A stretch of 64,000 nucleotides of DNA, from the IMG/VR virus record IMGVR_UViG_3300017791_000207, positions 32,001 through 96,000 of that record; one strand, 5' to 3'. The translations under genes were made by a program, and so were the position numbers. Origin of the DNA: a virus (lineage: Duplodnaviria > Caudoviricetes). The first letter of the stretch is position 1; each line of letters opens with the position of its first letter. Shown piece by piece: positions 38,006-48,510 of the stretch. The notes beneath the pieces are model-generated. The model worked only from the letters and a program-made list of their open reading frames with translations, did not search any database and was not told where the DNA came from.

Positions 38006-39250
38006 ATGGACATTCTACAAAATCAATTATTTACAGGAGGTATTCTCCTTGGAGGTATAACTACTTTATTATATTCACTTAAACACCTCGGTGAAAAGGT
38101 ACTTGTCAAACTTAAGGATAGGTTTATATTCAGGGTTGTTATTTATGACTATGATGAATTGTTTTATGTATTGGAAGATTATATTCTGAGTAATCACCCG
38201 AAAAAGTATAAGAATCTCGAAGTAAGCTATGAGAAAACAAGAAGGTGGACAAGAGGTATTGATGATGAAGAAACTGTATCAAAGTATAGAAAACTATTCT
38301 ATAAACAAGAACCTAATATATTCACTATTAAATACAAAGGTAAGAGACTCTTCTTTTCCAAGGATAAAAAGGAACTAGAACATGCCACTGATTTTAGGAG
38401 TATGTTAAACTTTCACTATTCTATTTCTGCATGGAGAGGTCAGAAGATTATCAAGGAATTGATGGAGGATTTAACTACATCTTACAATAAGACCTTAAAT
38501 GAAGGTAAGATTAATGTTTATACTACCATTCAGGATGATTGGAGGATTTCCAATAAAAAGTACGTCAAGACTATTGACAAGGTAATTTTAAATGGTGATA
38601 CCAAAAACTTTATTGTCAAGGATCTGAATCAGTTCAAGGAAGATAAAGCATGGTACAAGAATGTCAATATTACCTATAAAAGGTCTTATTTACTTTATGG
38701 ACCGCCAGGCACAGGTAAAACGACATTAGCTCAGGCAATTGCTTCCTACTGCGAAAGGGATATTTGTTGCTTGAATCTTAATAGCATTCAGAGTGATACG
38801 ATGTTGATTAGTTTATTTTCAAAGATACCTGATAATACAGTTTTGGTTATTGAAGATATTGATTGTGTATTTAAGAAGAGAATTCCTACATCCAAGGATA
38901 TTAAGATAACTTTCTCATGTCTTCTTAATTGTCTTGATGGTATTATATCCAAAGACAATATAATAACTATTGTTACCACTAATCATATAGAGAATTTAGA
39001 TGAAGCTTTAATTAGAGCAGGTAGAATGGATGTTCAATTAGAAATACCATTGGCTCAAACACAAGAAGTAAACGAATATCTGACTTTATTTTACTCTGAA
39101 AAAATAGAAATAGATACTGACATACTCCTCAATATGAGCAAAGTTCAAGAGATATGTATTCAGAATAAAGAAAATAGTTTCCAAGCAATAAATGATATTC
39201 TACTAAATAATAAGTTACAAGAAGTTCATTCTAATATCTGCCTCAGTTAA
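38006..39250 (+). CDS. BCS1-like AAA+ ATPase
   Basis: N-terminal TM (NQLFTGGILLG), WY....I.YKRSYLLYGPPGTGKT, IEDIDC, LLNCLDG, TTNH.E.LD.ALIRAGRMD; TATATTTG promoter element ends 4 nt before the ATG. Confidence 0.9.
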   Translation: MDILQNQLFTGGILLGGITTLLYSLKHLGEKVLVKLKDRFIFRVVIYDYDELFYVLEDYILSNHPKKYKNLEVSYEKTRRWTRGIDDEETVSKYRKLFYKQEPNIFTIKYKGKRLFFSKDKKELEHATDFRSMLNFHYSISAWRGQKIIKELMEDLTTSYNKTLNEGKINVYTTIQDDWRISNKKYVKTIDKVILNGDTKNFIVKDLNQFKEDKAWYKNVNITYKRSYLLYGPPGTGKTTLAQAIASYCERDICCLNLNSIQSDTMLISLFSKIPDNTVLVIEDIDCVFKKRIPTSKDIKITFSCLLNCLDGIISKDNIITIVTTNHIENLDEALIRAGRMDVQLEIPLAQTQEVNEYLTLFYSEKIEIDTDILLNMSKVQEICIQNKENSFQAINDILLNNKLQEVHSNICLS

Positions 39251-39272
39251 GGTAGTAACTAATAAAGTTTAT

Positions 39273-39310
39273 AGCTCTCCGTCAGAAATGATTGAGGGTT
39301 TTCTTTTTCT
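39273..39310 (+). terminator. Probable intrinsic terminator
   Basis: Imperfect hairpin with GAAA loop followed by T-rich tract after the AAA gene. Confidence 0.45.
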
Positions 39311-39334
39311 ATTTACAAAATAATTAACAAAATA

Positions 39335-39366
39335 TTTGGTTAATTCAATTATTTAACATACCTTTG
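39335..39366 (+). promoter_or_regulatory. Sigma-A promoter
   Basis: TTTG, 20 nt, TACCTTTG. Confidence 0.75.
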
Positions 39367-39929
39367 TATCAATAAAAGTAAAAATGCAATACTTAATAGA
39401 AATAACAATGGGAGAAGTGAAAGCTTCTTATTGGGTAGATGATCCTCCTGATATCTTAGATTTGGAGAGTAAATACCCTAATGCCAAAGTTGTAATAACA
39501 CCTCAGGAATGACAAAGAAAGAATTTTTAAAGGATTGTGATCCTAATATTTTAAAATACTCAATTACAACAGTTCAAGAAAAAGACGGTAGTTTAGTAGA
39601 AGGTATTCTTTTAAGAATAGGTAAAACTCAAAAACAAATTCAAAAAGAGGTTTGTGAACATGATAATAAGTGTTCTTTAACATTTCAAGAATTTGAAATT
39701 TTACTTACAGAAAAAGAATTAGAACACTTATTAAAACAAGTTCAGTAATGAAACATAATTTATATATGCTCAAAGGTAATCTTCCAAATGGAGAACCTAT
39801 TGAAGAGATTTTAAGGTCTAAGACCAATCGTACAGGTAAAGTAGTATCACAGGTAGAATCTGCCCTCCATCATAAGTATGGTATCGTACTACAAGAATTA
39901 ACTGATGTAACCATAAGCAAAATTATAAG

Positions 39930-40193
39930 ATGAAAACAGTAGGTAATAAAATAGTAGTTAAACAAATCAAGAATGAATCTAAGACCGAAGGTGGTATCAT
40001 TATTCCTGATGAAGTAGATAATACTTCGCAAAGAGGTGTAGTAATCCTGACAGGTCCAGGTAATCACAATCAAGATTTAATCGTTAAAACAGGCGATAAT
40101 ATCATTTATCGTAAGGGTTGTGGTTCACCAATCAAGGTAGATGATGAAGACCTGTTAGTAATGGTTGAAACTGATATCCTTGTAATTCTATAA
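39930..40193 (+). CDS. groES: GroES co-chaperonin
   Basis: ESKTEGGIIIPD mobile loop, GVVILTGPG, VKTGD.I, E.DIL. Confidence 0.92.
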   Translation: MKTVGNKIVVKQIKNESKTEGGIIIPDEVDNTSQRGVVILTGPGNHNQDLIVKTGDNIIYRKGCGSPIKVDDEDLLVMVETDILVIL

Positions 40194-40211
40194 TAAAATA
40201 TATTCTATCTA

Positions 40212-40604
40212 ATGAGTAACTTATATATTAAAATACCAATTCACACCTATAAAGGTTCCGAACTGAATAATTTCGAAAAGAACGAAATGGAAGGTGATGA
40301 TGAAATAAAAAGACTTCAGAAACGTGGCGCATACTATGAACCTGAAAATCCTGAAATTAAGCCTGTTATTACATGGATGAGAATCCCATACGATGATTTT
40401 AATGGTGTTGTATATGATTCTACATCAGCCATCGAAAATACCGAAGAAGAGTTTGAAACAGGTTATTTTACTTCCTCAATGCTAATGTTCCGTGATGGAT
40501 TCTCTGTTACTTGTGCTTGGACAGTCGAAGAATTAGAGGATGTTCTGATTCAATATGGTGTAGTTTCTCCTCTTGTAAGGAATCAGAAAGAAACACTTAA
40601 ATAA
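40212..40604 (+). CDS. Hypothetical protein
   Basis: 130-aa ORF in operon. Confidence 0.55.
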   Translation: MSNLYIKIPIHTYKGSELNNFEKNEMEGDDEIKRLQKRGAYYEPENPEIKPVITWMRIPYDDFNGVVYDSTSAIENTEEEFETGYFTSSMLMFRDGFSVTCAWTVEELEDVLIQYGVVSPLVRNQKETLK

Positions 40605-40678
40605 CTAAACTATCCAAATTTAAATAGTAAAAAAGTGCTATTTATCATAAAATAGTTTACTTTTGTAATATTAACAAG

Positions 40679-41053
40679 ATGTTAGATATAAAATTACATA
40701 AAAAATATGAGGATATATATGAATTGTACCTGAGATTCTTCTCAATACTCATGACCATGAATAATATTCATCTGACTAAATCAGAACTGAATCTTATCTC
40801 ATTCATTGCAGTACATGACAATATATCCAATATTAAAACAAGGAAGGATTACATCACCAAGTATGAGACTACCCGTCATACCCTCAACAATAATATTTCT
40901 GACCTAAGTAAGAAAGGTTACCTTACCAAGGATGCTGATAAGAAGGTTAGACTGATACCCTCGCTTAGGATTGGTAAAGATGAAGCTCTCAAGATGCATA
41001 TTACCCTTCAAACAAACAATTATAATGAGGAAGATAGAAAAGGATCTGAGTGA
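40679..41053 (+). CDS. Winged-helix DNA-binding protein
   Basis: LTKSEL.LI.FI ... TLNNNISDLSKKGYL.K. Confidence 0.6.
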   Translation: MLDIKLHKKYEDIYELYLRFFSILMTMNNIHLTKSELNLISFIAVHDNISNIKTRKDYITKYETTRHTLNNNISDLSKKGYLTKDADKKVRLIPSLRIGKDEALKMHITLQTNNYNEEDRKGSE

Positions 41054-41333
41054 GGAGTTTGGACTTACCAAAGAGGAAATTAAAACTATTGTTATGTTCT
41101 CCTATGCTGAGTTAGGCCGACAACTTTATTCTGATGGATTAGAATATGAAATATCAGGTCTTGGTGTCCTTTCTGTCAAGGGTAATAAGGTTATGGAACA
41201 GGCACTCAAACAAAAGATGAATCCTCTATATCCTGAAAATGCCAAATCAGATATTGCTTTATCACTCCGACTTAAGATTGACCGCCTAAAAGAAATACAT
41301 AATTCCAAACCAAATATAAAATATAATGAGTAA
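41025..41333 (+). CDS. HU/IHF-like DNA-binding protein
   Basis: LSEEFGLTKEEIKTIV......L......EISGLGVLSVK; start MRKIEK at 41025. Confidence 0.55.
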   Translation: MRKIEKDLSEEFGLTKEEIKTIVMFSYAELGRQLYSDGLEYEISGLGVLSVKGNKVMEQALKQKMNPLYPENAKSDIALSLRLKIDRLKEIHNSKPNIKYNE

Positions 41334-41688
41334 TATTTTCATGAATGATAATGATTTTGAAATAGAAATGAGAGAATCATGGATTCATTATAAAAATGGA
41401 ACTCCTAAATTGGAAGATTCAGAACCTGTGATGTTTGATGACTATCATACAGAAAAAGGATTTGTCTATCCTGAAATAGATTTACCATTTAATTTTAGGG
41501 AAGAGTTGGTTATGTATTTTAATTCAGCAGTAATCTTTGGTGGAGGAAGTTTAGAACTATATGAGACAAGAGAAGCAGCCTTAAATAAGGAAGGATTTAA
41601 ATCTCATGAGAGAAAATTCAAAACTTTAGGTGAAGCTAAAAGAGATGCTGGTCAATACAAAAAATTAGTTTTAATTGATTGTGTATAA
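41326..41688 (+). CDS. Hypothetical protein
   Basis: 120-aa ORF in operon. Confidence 0.5.
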   Translation: MSNIFMNDNDFEIEMRESWIHYKNGTPKLEDSEPVMFDDYHTEKGFVYPEIDLPFNFREELVMYFNSAVIFGGGSLELYETREAALNKEGFKSHERKFKTLGEAKRDAGQYKKLVLIDCV

Positions 41689-41697
41689 ATAATAGAT

Positions 41698-41937
41698 ATG
41701 TTTAAAATTATAAAAGGAATTCTAAATCACCTATTTGGTAGAAATAAAAGACTTTCGGAAAAGAGATTACAGATTTGCAAAGGATGTGATTACTACGATA
41801 AGAATGGTGAATCTGAATTAGCTGTATTTCCCAATACCCCTGCTTGCTCATTGTGTGGCTGTGTACTAAAATGGAAAACTTCTATACCTTCTGAAAAGTG
41901 CACGATGGCAGAGTTTAACCAAGAACCTAAATGGTAA
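41698..41937 (+). CDS. Small Cys-rich (Zn-binding) phage protein
   Basis: RLQICKGC...CSLCGC.LKWKT...EKC....KW. Confidence 0.6.
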   Translation: MFKIIKGILNHLFGRNKRLSEKRLQICKGCDYYDKNGESELAVFPNTPACSLCGCVLKWKTSIPSEKCTMAEFNQEPKW

Positions 41938-42020
41938 CTATAAGTATATTATAATAGACATTTTTGGTTGAAATACTCATTTTGCATATTATAATAGACT
42001 CTTAGACAAAAAGTAAAATT

Positions 42021-42305
42021 ATGAAAAGTAACAAGACAGATAAAGACTATATCAAGGAGATATTAGATGACCTTAAGGAATTGGGTAAGGAATTTCCGCA
42101 TGAACCACTTACAAGACATTTAGGTTTGGCAACAGCAGCTTATTCACATATTGAACAAGTACCATCCAACAAAGAACTTGCATATCTACTTAACCAATAT
42201 TACCAAGGTAAGAAATTAGAATTAGATTCTCAGTTGATTACTTTTGATAAAGAGATTACAGATTTCAATACAGATGACTTTGATGATTTGGATGATGACT
42301 ACTAA
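42021..42305 (+). CDS. Hypothetical protein
   Basis: Acidic C-terminus; precedes packaging genes. Confidence 0.55.
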   Translation: MKSNKTDKDYIKEILDDLKELGKEFPHEPLTRHLGLATAAYSHIEQVPSNKELAYLLNQYYQGKKLELDSQLITFDKEITDFNTDDFDDLDDDY

Positions 42306-42348
42306 GTGTTCAATAAATTAAGTCCGTTCATTAAAAACAAATACAACG

Positions 42349-42639
42349 ATGGCTAAGAATTCCTTTATAGATCAGGATATTGAATGGTGTGAAAAAAGAC
42401 TCCAAGAGTGGCAAAAATTTGTTGAGGATAATCCTGTAAATGAATTAAAAACACAAATAGAAGTAGTAAATGGAAAAGAAATGGTTGTAGCAACTATACA
42501 AGCCCAAGGTAAGTTCATACAAGAAACTATGAAGAACATAATTGCTATGACTGAAGCCTTAGATAAACTTCGTGAAAAAGAAGCTGCTAAAATAGAAGCA
42601 AGAGGTGGAGGAGATATTCCTTTTAGAATGCGTAAATAA
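42349..42639 (+). CDS. Small protein coupled to terL (small terminase candidate)
   Basis: TAATG overlap with terL; helical, basic C-terminal tail; function inferred from position only. Confidence 0.4.
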   Translation: MAKNSFIDQDIEWCEKRLQEWQKFVEDNPVNELKTQIEVVNGKEMVVATIQAQGKFIQETMKNIIAMTEALDKLREKEAAKIEARGGGDIPFRMRK

Positions 42640-45600
42640 TGGAAATAAAGACTACAGAGTTTTTTAAAAATATAAAAAAACTTCCTCCTATAGGTTCAAA
42701 GGAATTTGAAGACCTTGTTAAATGGGAGGAGGAGAAGTGTTTAGGTGGTGTTACTGTTAATGGATATCCTATTTCAGGATTTCTATATTGGTATCTAAAT
42801 CACTGGAATATACGTATTGATTTACCTCCTGATGAGAATGGAAATATTCCAAGGATAAAATCCTTACCTCATCTAAGAGACAATGAAATAGTTGTATGCG
42901 AAGGTCTCGAAACTGGACGCAGAGAGCAAAAAGGTTACCTGCAAATAGGTGGACGCCAGCTGGGGAAGTCCGAAATTGAGGCTGCCTATTGTGGTATGTC
43001 TGCAACTCTATACGAAAATAGTCAGAATATTATCGTAGCAGGTAATGATGCCGATTTAGCCTTGATGAGGGATAAGGTAGATTTTGGACTAAAGAATCTT
43101 TGGGAAGGATTAAAAATTCCTCGTCTTGATAAGACATGGAAAGATAATATGGTTCGCCTTGGTTTTAAACATAAAGATGGTGAAGATGATATTTGGTCTT
43201 ATTTAGTTATTCGTAATGCTAAAGACGGTCATAACACCGAAACTGCCGCAGGTACAACTGCAAAGTCTTTTATTCTTGATGAAGCTTTAGAAGAAAATGA
43301 ATTACTTTACCAAACAACAGGTGAGATAAAAATAAAAGATGTTAAGATAGGAGATAAAATATTTGATGATAAAGGCAATCTTACAAAAGTAATAGATAAA
43401 GTTGATGTTGGAATTGTTGACTTATGGGAATTTACTTTTAAGGACGGTAGAAAAATAACTTCTTCAGGAGATCATATTTGGTCTTTATATAATAACCATC
43501 TTAATAGATATATTGAAATTACAACTAAAGACCTTGTAGATAAAGGTTTTTATTATGATAAATTTGATAGTCGTTATAATAAACATGCTCGCTGTTTTAC
43601 TTATTCTGTAAAGAATGCAAATGCAGTTGATTATCAACCAAAAGATTTAGAAGTAGATCCTTACTATCTTGGCTGTTGGTTGGGTGATGGAACATCTTCA
43701 AAACCAACAGAAGTTTGTTCAATAGATGATTACATAATAGAGTATTGCGAAAAAATAGGAAAACATTTTAATCTAAAACCAAGAATAACTACAGATAAAA
43801 GTAAGAATGAAAAATTCAGAAATATAAATTTAGCTAAACAAGGTGGGTATAAAAATATACTTACTACTCTGTTTGAGGAAATGAATTTGGTTAATAATAA
43901 ACATATTCCATATAAATATTTATATGGTTCCTATGCTGATAGATTAGCCTTATTACAAGGTTTGATGGACACCGATGGGAGTATGTCTGAAACAGGTATG
44001 ATAGAGTTTAGCTCATCTTTTCCTAAATTAGCTGATGACTTTGAAAAATTATGTAGAAGTTTAGGTATTAGTATTAGAAGGTCAATAAAGGAAACTTATT
44101 ATATTTATAAAGGAGAAAGAAAAAGAGGTAAGGATACACATAGATTTAAACTTTATACAGGTATAAGAGTTTTCAGATTACAAAGAAAAATAGAAAGATA
44201 TAATTTATCAAGAAGAAATAACAATAGTAAAAAACAAAAAGCTTATAAAGAACGATGTCCTTTAATTAATATTGAATATAAAGGTAAGGGTCAAGCTTAC
44301 TGTATAAAAGTAGATAACGAAAGTAAACTATTTCTTACAACAGGTTATACTATAACTCATAACTGTGGTAAATTTCCTTTTGCACAGGCATTTGAAGCTG
44401 CTAAACCTGCGTTTAATTCAGCTTATGGATGGAGGGCAGTGCCAATTTTAATGGGTACTGGGGGTGCCTTTGAAAAGGGAGCAGATGCTGAAAGATTCTT
44501 CTATAACCCAGAAGCTAATAATCTTGTTTCCTATCTTGATGAGAAGTCAGGCATTAGTACAGGATTATTCTTATCGGGATTATACAGACAAGACTGTAAA
44601 GATGTAACAAATCTTGCTGACTATCTTACAAGGGTAAAAGGCATGGTTTTAGAAGATACTTCAGAACTCGAAAAAATAGAAATAAGAGTTACCAATGAAG
44701 AAAAGGCTCTTGCCAAGATATTAGAAGAAAGAGAAGAAAAGAAAAAAGATCCTGATCAAACAGAATACCTCAAACAAATCATGTACTATCCTCTCACAGT
44801 TGAGGAATGTTTCATGACTGTGAATGGTAACTTATATAATGCAGAGGCTGCTCGTGCAAGAATCAAAAAGATTAACTCAGAAGGGATTACAGGACAATAT
44901 GTAGAGGTTTACCATGATGGTACTAAATTAACACATAAGCACTCTCATAAATTACCTGTTTCAACATACCCTGCCAAAAAGACTGAGAATAAAGATGCTC
45001 CTGTAATAATGTGGGAAGCTCCTATGGAAAATCCACCATTTGGTCTATATGTCTTTGGTGCAGATCCATATAGAACTGACCAATCAGAATGGTCTGAATC
45101 ATTAGGTTCTATCTACATTTATAAAAGAGTTCACTCAATTGCAGGAGAAGACTTTCAGGATATGTTTGTGGCTTCTTATTGTGCAAGACCTAAAACAGTA
45201 GAAGAATGGTGTCAGAACGCCATGAATTTAATTGAATACTATAACGCCTATGGTTTAGTTGAGAATGATGACATGGGATTTATCAATTGGATTATTCGTA
45301 ATGGAAAAGAACATCATCTCGCAGCTTCTTTTGATTTCTTGAAATCATATAAACTTGAATCAAAAACATCAAGAACATATGGTATTCATCGATCTAATCC
45401 TCGTATAGTAACCATTCTTAGAAATAATTTAAAGACATATTTAAATGAAAAGATTGGTGAATTTGTAGATGATAAAGGTGAAAAAACAGGAGATATACTT
45501 GGTGTGAATAGAATATTTGATACAATGCTCCTTGAAGAAGTATCTAAATTTAATGGTATATTAAATGCGGATAGAGAAGTTGCAGCAAGTTTAGCAGTCA

Positions 45601-45749
45601 CTATTGCAAATTATCTTGACCCTGTTATAGGAGTTGTAGGACAAACTAATCAAGATCCAAGATTCAAGGCCATATATTCAAGGAATAAACTTCCTAAACA
45701 AACATTTTCAAATCTAAGAACTCCAACGTTCTCCAAAAGAAAAAGATAA
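42639..45749 (+). CDS. terL: Terminase large subunit containing an intein
   Basis: GGRQLGKS Walker A, ILDE|CGK Walker B split by intein, GTGG coupling motif, FGADPY nuclease motif, NADR. Confidence 0.93.
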   Translation: MEIKTTEFFKNIKKLPPIGSKEFEDLVKWEEEKCLGGVTVNGYPISGFLYWYLNHWNIRIDLPPDENGNIPRIKSLPHLRDNEIVVCEGLETGRREQKGYLQIGGRQLGKSEIEAAYCGMSATLYENSQNIIVAGNDADLALMRDKVDFGLKNLWEGLKIPRLDKTWKDNMVRLGFKHKDGEDDIWSYLVIRNAKDGHNTETAAGTTAKSFILDEALEENELLYQTTGEIKIKDVKIGDKIFDDKGNLTKVIDKVDVGIVDLWEFTFKDGRKITSSGDHIWSLYNNHLNRYIEITTKDLVDKGFYYDKFDSRYNKHARCFTYSVKNANAVDYQPKDLEVDPYYLGCWLGDGTSSKPTEVCSIDDYIIEYCEKIGKHFNLKPRITTDKSKNEKFRNINLAKQGGYKNILTTLFEEMNLVNNKHIPYKYLYGSYADRLALLQGLMDTDGSMSETGMIEFSSSFPKLADDFEKLCRSLGISIRRSIKETYYIYKGERKRGKDTHRFKLYTGIRVFRLQRKIERYNLSRRNNNSKKQKAYKERCPLINIEYKGKGQAYCIKVDNESKLFLTTGYTITHNCGKFPFAQAFEAAKPAFNSAYGWRAVPILMGTGGAFEKGADAERFFYNPEANNLVSYLDEKSGISTGLFLSGLYRQDCKDVTNLADYLTRVKGMVLEDTSELEKIEIRVTNEEKALAKILEEREEKKKDPDQTEYLKQIMYYPLTVEECFMTVNGNLYNAEAARARIKKINSEGITGQYVEVYHDGTKLTHKHSHKLPVSTYPAKKTENKDAPVIMWEAPMENPPFGLYVFGADPYRTDQSEWSESLGSIYIYKRVHSIAGEDFQDMFVASYCARPKTVEEWCQNAMNLIEYYNAYGLVENDDMGFINWIIRNGKEHHLAASFDFLKSYKLESKTSRTYGIHRSNPRIVTILRNNLKTYLNEKIGEFVDDKGEKTGDILGVNRIFDTMLLEEVSKFNGILNADREVAASLAVTIANYLDPVIGVVGQTNQDPRFKAIYSRNKLPKQTFSNLRTPTFSKRKR
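43284..44363 (+). mobile_element. Class-3 intein with LAGLIDADG homing endonuclease (360 aa)
   Basis: Starts Ala (ALEENELL), block B DHIW, block F AYCIKV, ends ITHN followed by Cys; YYLGCWLGDG and LLQGLMDTDG motifs. Confidence 0.9.
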
Positions 45750-45758
45750 TACCCTACC

Positions 45759-48368
45759 GTGGCAATTATACAATATACAAAAAATCAACCTATTGAAGGA
45801 CAAACTATTGGCTTGTATCCTGATATGTTCGTAACTGATAAAAAGAAAGTTACGGATGATTACGTCAAGACCATCATGGATTATTTCTATGATGAGGCTA
45901 TTCGTCAGTTTGTTACCAATACAGATGTCTTTGCTCATAATTATCAGTTTGTAAAAGGCAAACTTCGTCCTCAGGATTTCTATGAGAATGATTCCGTGAC
46001 AGAATTTACCTTGGACTTATTAGAGGATGCTAAATTGCCTGACCATGTTCAGCAATACTCTATCTTCAATCAACCATTAAATACAATGTGTGGTGAGGCT
46101 TCTACCCGACCTGATAATTCAAGAGTGAAAGCATTTGATGAGGATTCTCAGGCAGAAGAATTACAATACAAGACTGATTTACTTAACCAATATATAATTC
46201 AGACTGTTCAACAAAAGATTGTTCAGAAAGCCCAACAACAAGGTGTAGATATTAGTACTGAGGAAGGCCAACAGATGATTCAAAAACTATCTGAGGAAGA
46301 GCTTGCCGATAAACTAACTTCCTATACATCCCAAGCAGAAAAATGGGGTAATAGAATGTTGGAGAATCTTAAGATGCAGTTCAATACCAAGGAAGAATTT
46401 GAGATGGGTTTCCGTGACCTTCTTATAGCAGGTAGAGAATATTACCATATTTATGAGGATAGGTCTAAGTTTGGATTCAGATTTGAATCTGTAAATCCTC
46501 GCAATATTTGGAAGAAGATGTCCCCTAACAAAAAGTATTCTCGTGATGCATATGCCGCAGGTATAATTGACATCATGGAAATATCTGAAATCATTGAAAA
46601 ATTCTCACTTACCAAAAAAGAAATTGACCATCTCCGTGATTTAACCAATGAAAACTATCTATTAAGAGGTAAAGAATCAACTTTATTTAATGGTAAAGTT
46701 GGTATAGATTCCATTGCTTACAATACCTACTACTCAGGCAAAAGAGAAGCCCTACTTGAGAATGAACCTGTACTATTCAATAATCCACTCGAATTGAATA
46801 TGCAGAAACTATCTTCTCTTGGAATGATAGGTCAATCTTTTGTAGTTCTCCGTTCTTATTGGTTATCTAAAAAGAAAGTTGGTAAGTTAACTTACATTGA
46901 TGAGGAAGGTGAAGAACAGATTACCTTGGTTGATGAGAATTATACATCAGGTGCTCATCCTGGACAAGTAGAAGGTGGCCTTGAGTGGGGTTGGGAAAAT
47001 CAATGGTGGACAGGTTATAAAATCGGACCTGATATTTACTATACCGAACCATTAAAGATTCTTGATTATTGTCCTATCATAGGTGTTGATTTTGAGAATC
47101 GTAACTCAGATATTAAATCCCTGATTGACCTATTAAAGCCTTATCAAATCCTATTCAATATAATGATGAATCAGGTATTTGAGATTGCTCAGAAGGATCT
47201 AGGTATGCAATATCTGATGAATTGGCGTAAAATTCCAGGAGCAAAAGATGGTGAGTTAGAAGATGCCTTGGATAACCTAGTATTTACAGCCAAGGAACTT
47301 GGTATTACTTTCGAGGATGATTCTCCTGAAAATATGAAGGCTCCTACGGCAAATCAATCTCAAACAAGGGTATTAGACCTTTCAAGAGTCAATGAGATGC
47401 AAGGTAGATTAAATATGTGTCTTCAGATTCAACAGTTTGCCAATAGTTTAGTTGGTATGAATAATGAACGCCTTGGTGGTATTGCAGCTACACAGACTTT
47501 AGGTGGTACACAAGCAGCTCTTGCAGCTTCTTATTCACAAACTCAGAATTGGTTTGTACAACATGAGTATATACAAAACCAAGTTTATCAAGCACTCTTA
47601 GATGCTGCTCAATTTACAGAATCACAAAAACCAACTTCTACCATATCCTTTGTATCAGGTACAGGAGAACACGCATTCATACAAGTAAATGGTTCAGATT
47701 TAAAACTTCCTGACCTAAGAGTATTTGTAACCTCTCGTGAGAAAGACCAAAAAATCTTTAATGATATGAAGCAATTCTTACAACCCTTCCTTCAAAACGG
47801 AGGTAGTATGTATGATGCTGCTCAATTTCTTATTAATGATTCAGTTCGTGATATGCAGGAAACGCTTAAGAAACAGAAAATTCGCAAGGAACAGCTGGAA
47901 GATCAACAACTACAAAATCAACAAGCACAGATTCAATCTCAACAACAGATTGCTCAAGCACAATTAGAAGCTCAACAAAGAAGAGAAGAAGCTGATCGTC
48001 AATTGAAAATTTATCTACAACAACTTGAAAATGAATCTCGTGAAAAAGTAGCTGCTATCAATACTTATTCTCGTCAGGATAATGCTGCAGATAATAACCA
48101 AAATGGTACTCCTGATGTATTAGAGTTACTTCAAGATCAAAGAGAATCCTTAGCATTAGGTCAGAACTATCAGATGCAACAAGCAAAACTTGCAAATGAA
48201 GCTCAGAAAAATCAACAGAAATCTGCAACTGATGCTAAACGACTTGAACTCGACAATAAAAAAGTCAATCAAGACTATGAATTGAAGAAAGAAGAACTTG
48301 CAGTTAAACAAAAACAGATTGATGCCCAAGTTAAAATAGCAAAAACTAACAGAAATTCTTATGATTAA
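45759..48368 (+). CDS. Portal protein
   Basis: 869 aa directly after terL, FRDLLIAGREYY, SLIDLLKPYQILFN, long Q-rich C-terminal coiled coil as in crAss-like portals. Confidence 0.85.
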   Translation: MAIIQYTKNQPIEGQTIGLYPDMFVTDKKKVTDDYVKTIMDYFYDEAIRQFVTNTDVFAHNYQFVKGKLRPQDFYENDSVTEFTLDLLEDAKLPDHVQQYSIFNQPLNTMCGEASTRPDNSRVKAFDEDSQAEELQYKTDLLNQYIIQTVQQKIVQKAQQQGVDISTEEGQQMIQKLSEEELADKLTSYTSQAEKWGNRMLENLKMQFNTKEEFEMGFRDLLIAGREYYHIYEDRSKFGFRFESVNPRNIWKKMSPNKKYSRDAYAAGIIDIMEISEIIEKFSLTKKEIDHLRDLTNENYLLRGKESTLFNGKVGIDSIAYNTYYSGKREALLENEPVLFNNPLELNMQKLSSLGMIGQSFVVLRSYWLSKKKVGKLTYIDEEGEEQITLVDENYTSGAHPGQVEGGLEWGWENQWWTGYKIGPDIYYTEPLKILDYCPIIGVDFENRNSDIKSLIDLLKPYQILFNIMMNQVFEIAQKDLGMQYLMNWRKIPGAKDGELEDALDNLVFTAKELGITFEDDSPENMKAPTANQSQTRVLDLSRVNEMQGRLNMCLQIQQFANSLVGMNNERLGGIAATQTLGGTQAALAASYSQTQNWFVQHEYIQNQVYQALLDAAQFTESQKPTSTISFVSGTGEHAFIQVNGSDLKLPDLRVFVTSREKDQKIFNDMKQFLQPFLQNGGSMYDAAQFLINDSVRDMQETLKKQKIRKEQLEDQQLQNQQAQIQSQQQIAQAQLEAQQRREEADRQLKIYLQQLENESREKVAAINTYSRQDNAADNNQNGTPDVLELLQDQRESLALGQNYQMQQAKLANEAQKNQQKSATDAKRLELDNKKVNQDYELKKEELAVKQKQIDAQVKIAKTNRNSYD

Positions 48369-48430
48369 TAATTTTTCAAGCGGATTTGAATCCTATTATG
48401 CTATATATCTGCGGAAAACTTTCTTAAAAC

Positions 48431-48461
48431 TTTGTTAATCAATTTACTTAACATATCTTTG
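48431..48461 (+). promoter_or_regulatory. Sigma-A promoter for the capsid operon
   Basis: TTTG, 19 nt, TATCTTTG. Confidence 0.75.
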
Positions 48462-48510
48462 CATTACAATTTCGAGGTTTAAACTACCTTAAAATCAATC
48501 AACTACAATA

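Noticed and set aside
40636-48409. tgctat(t/a)tatc motif at 40636 and 48399 as a late promoter
   Set aside because: Only two imperfect AT-rich copies; not distinguishable from chance without statistics
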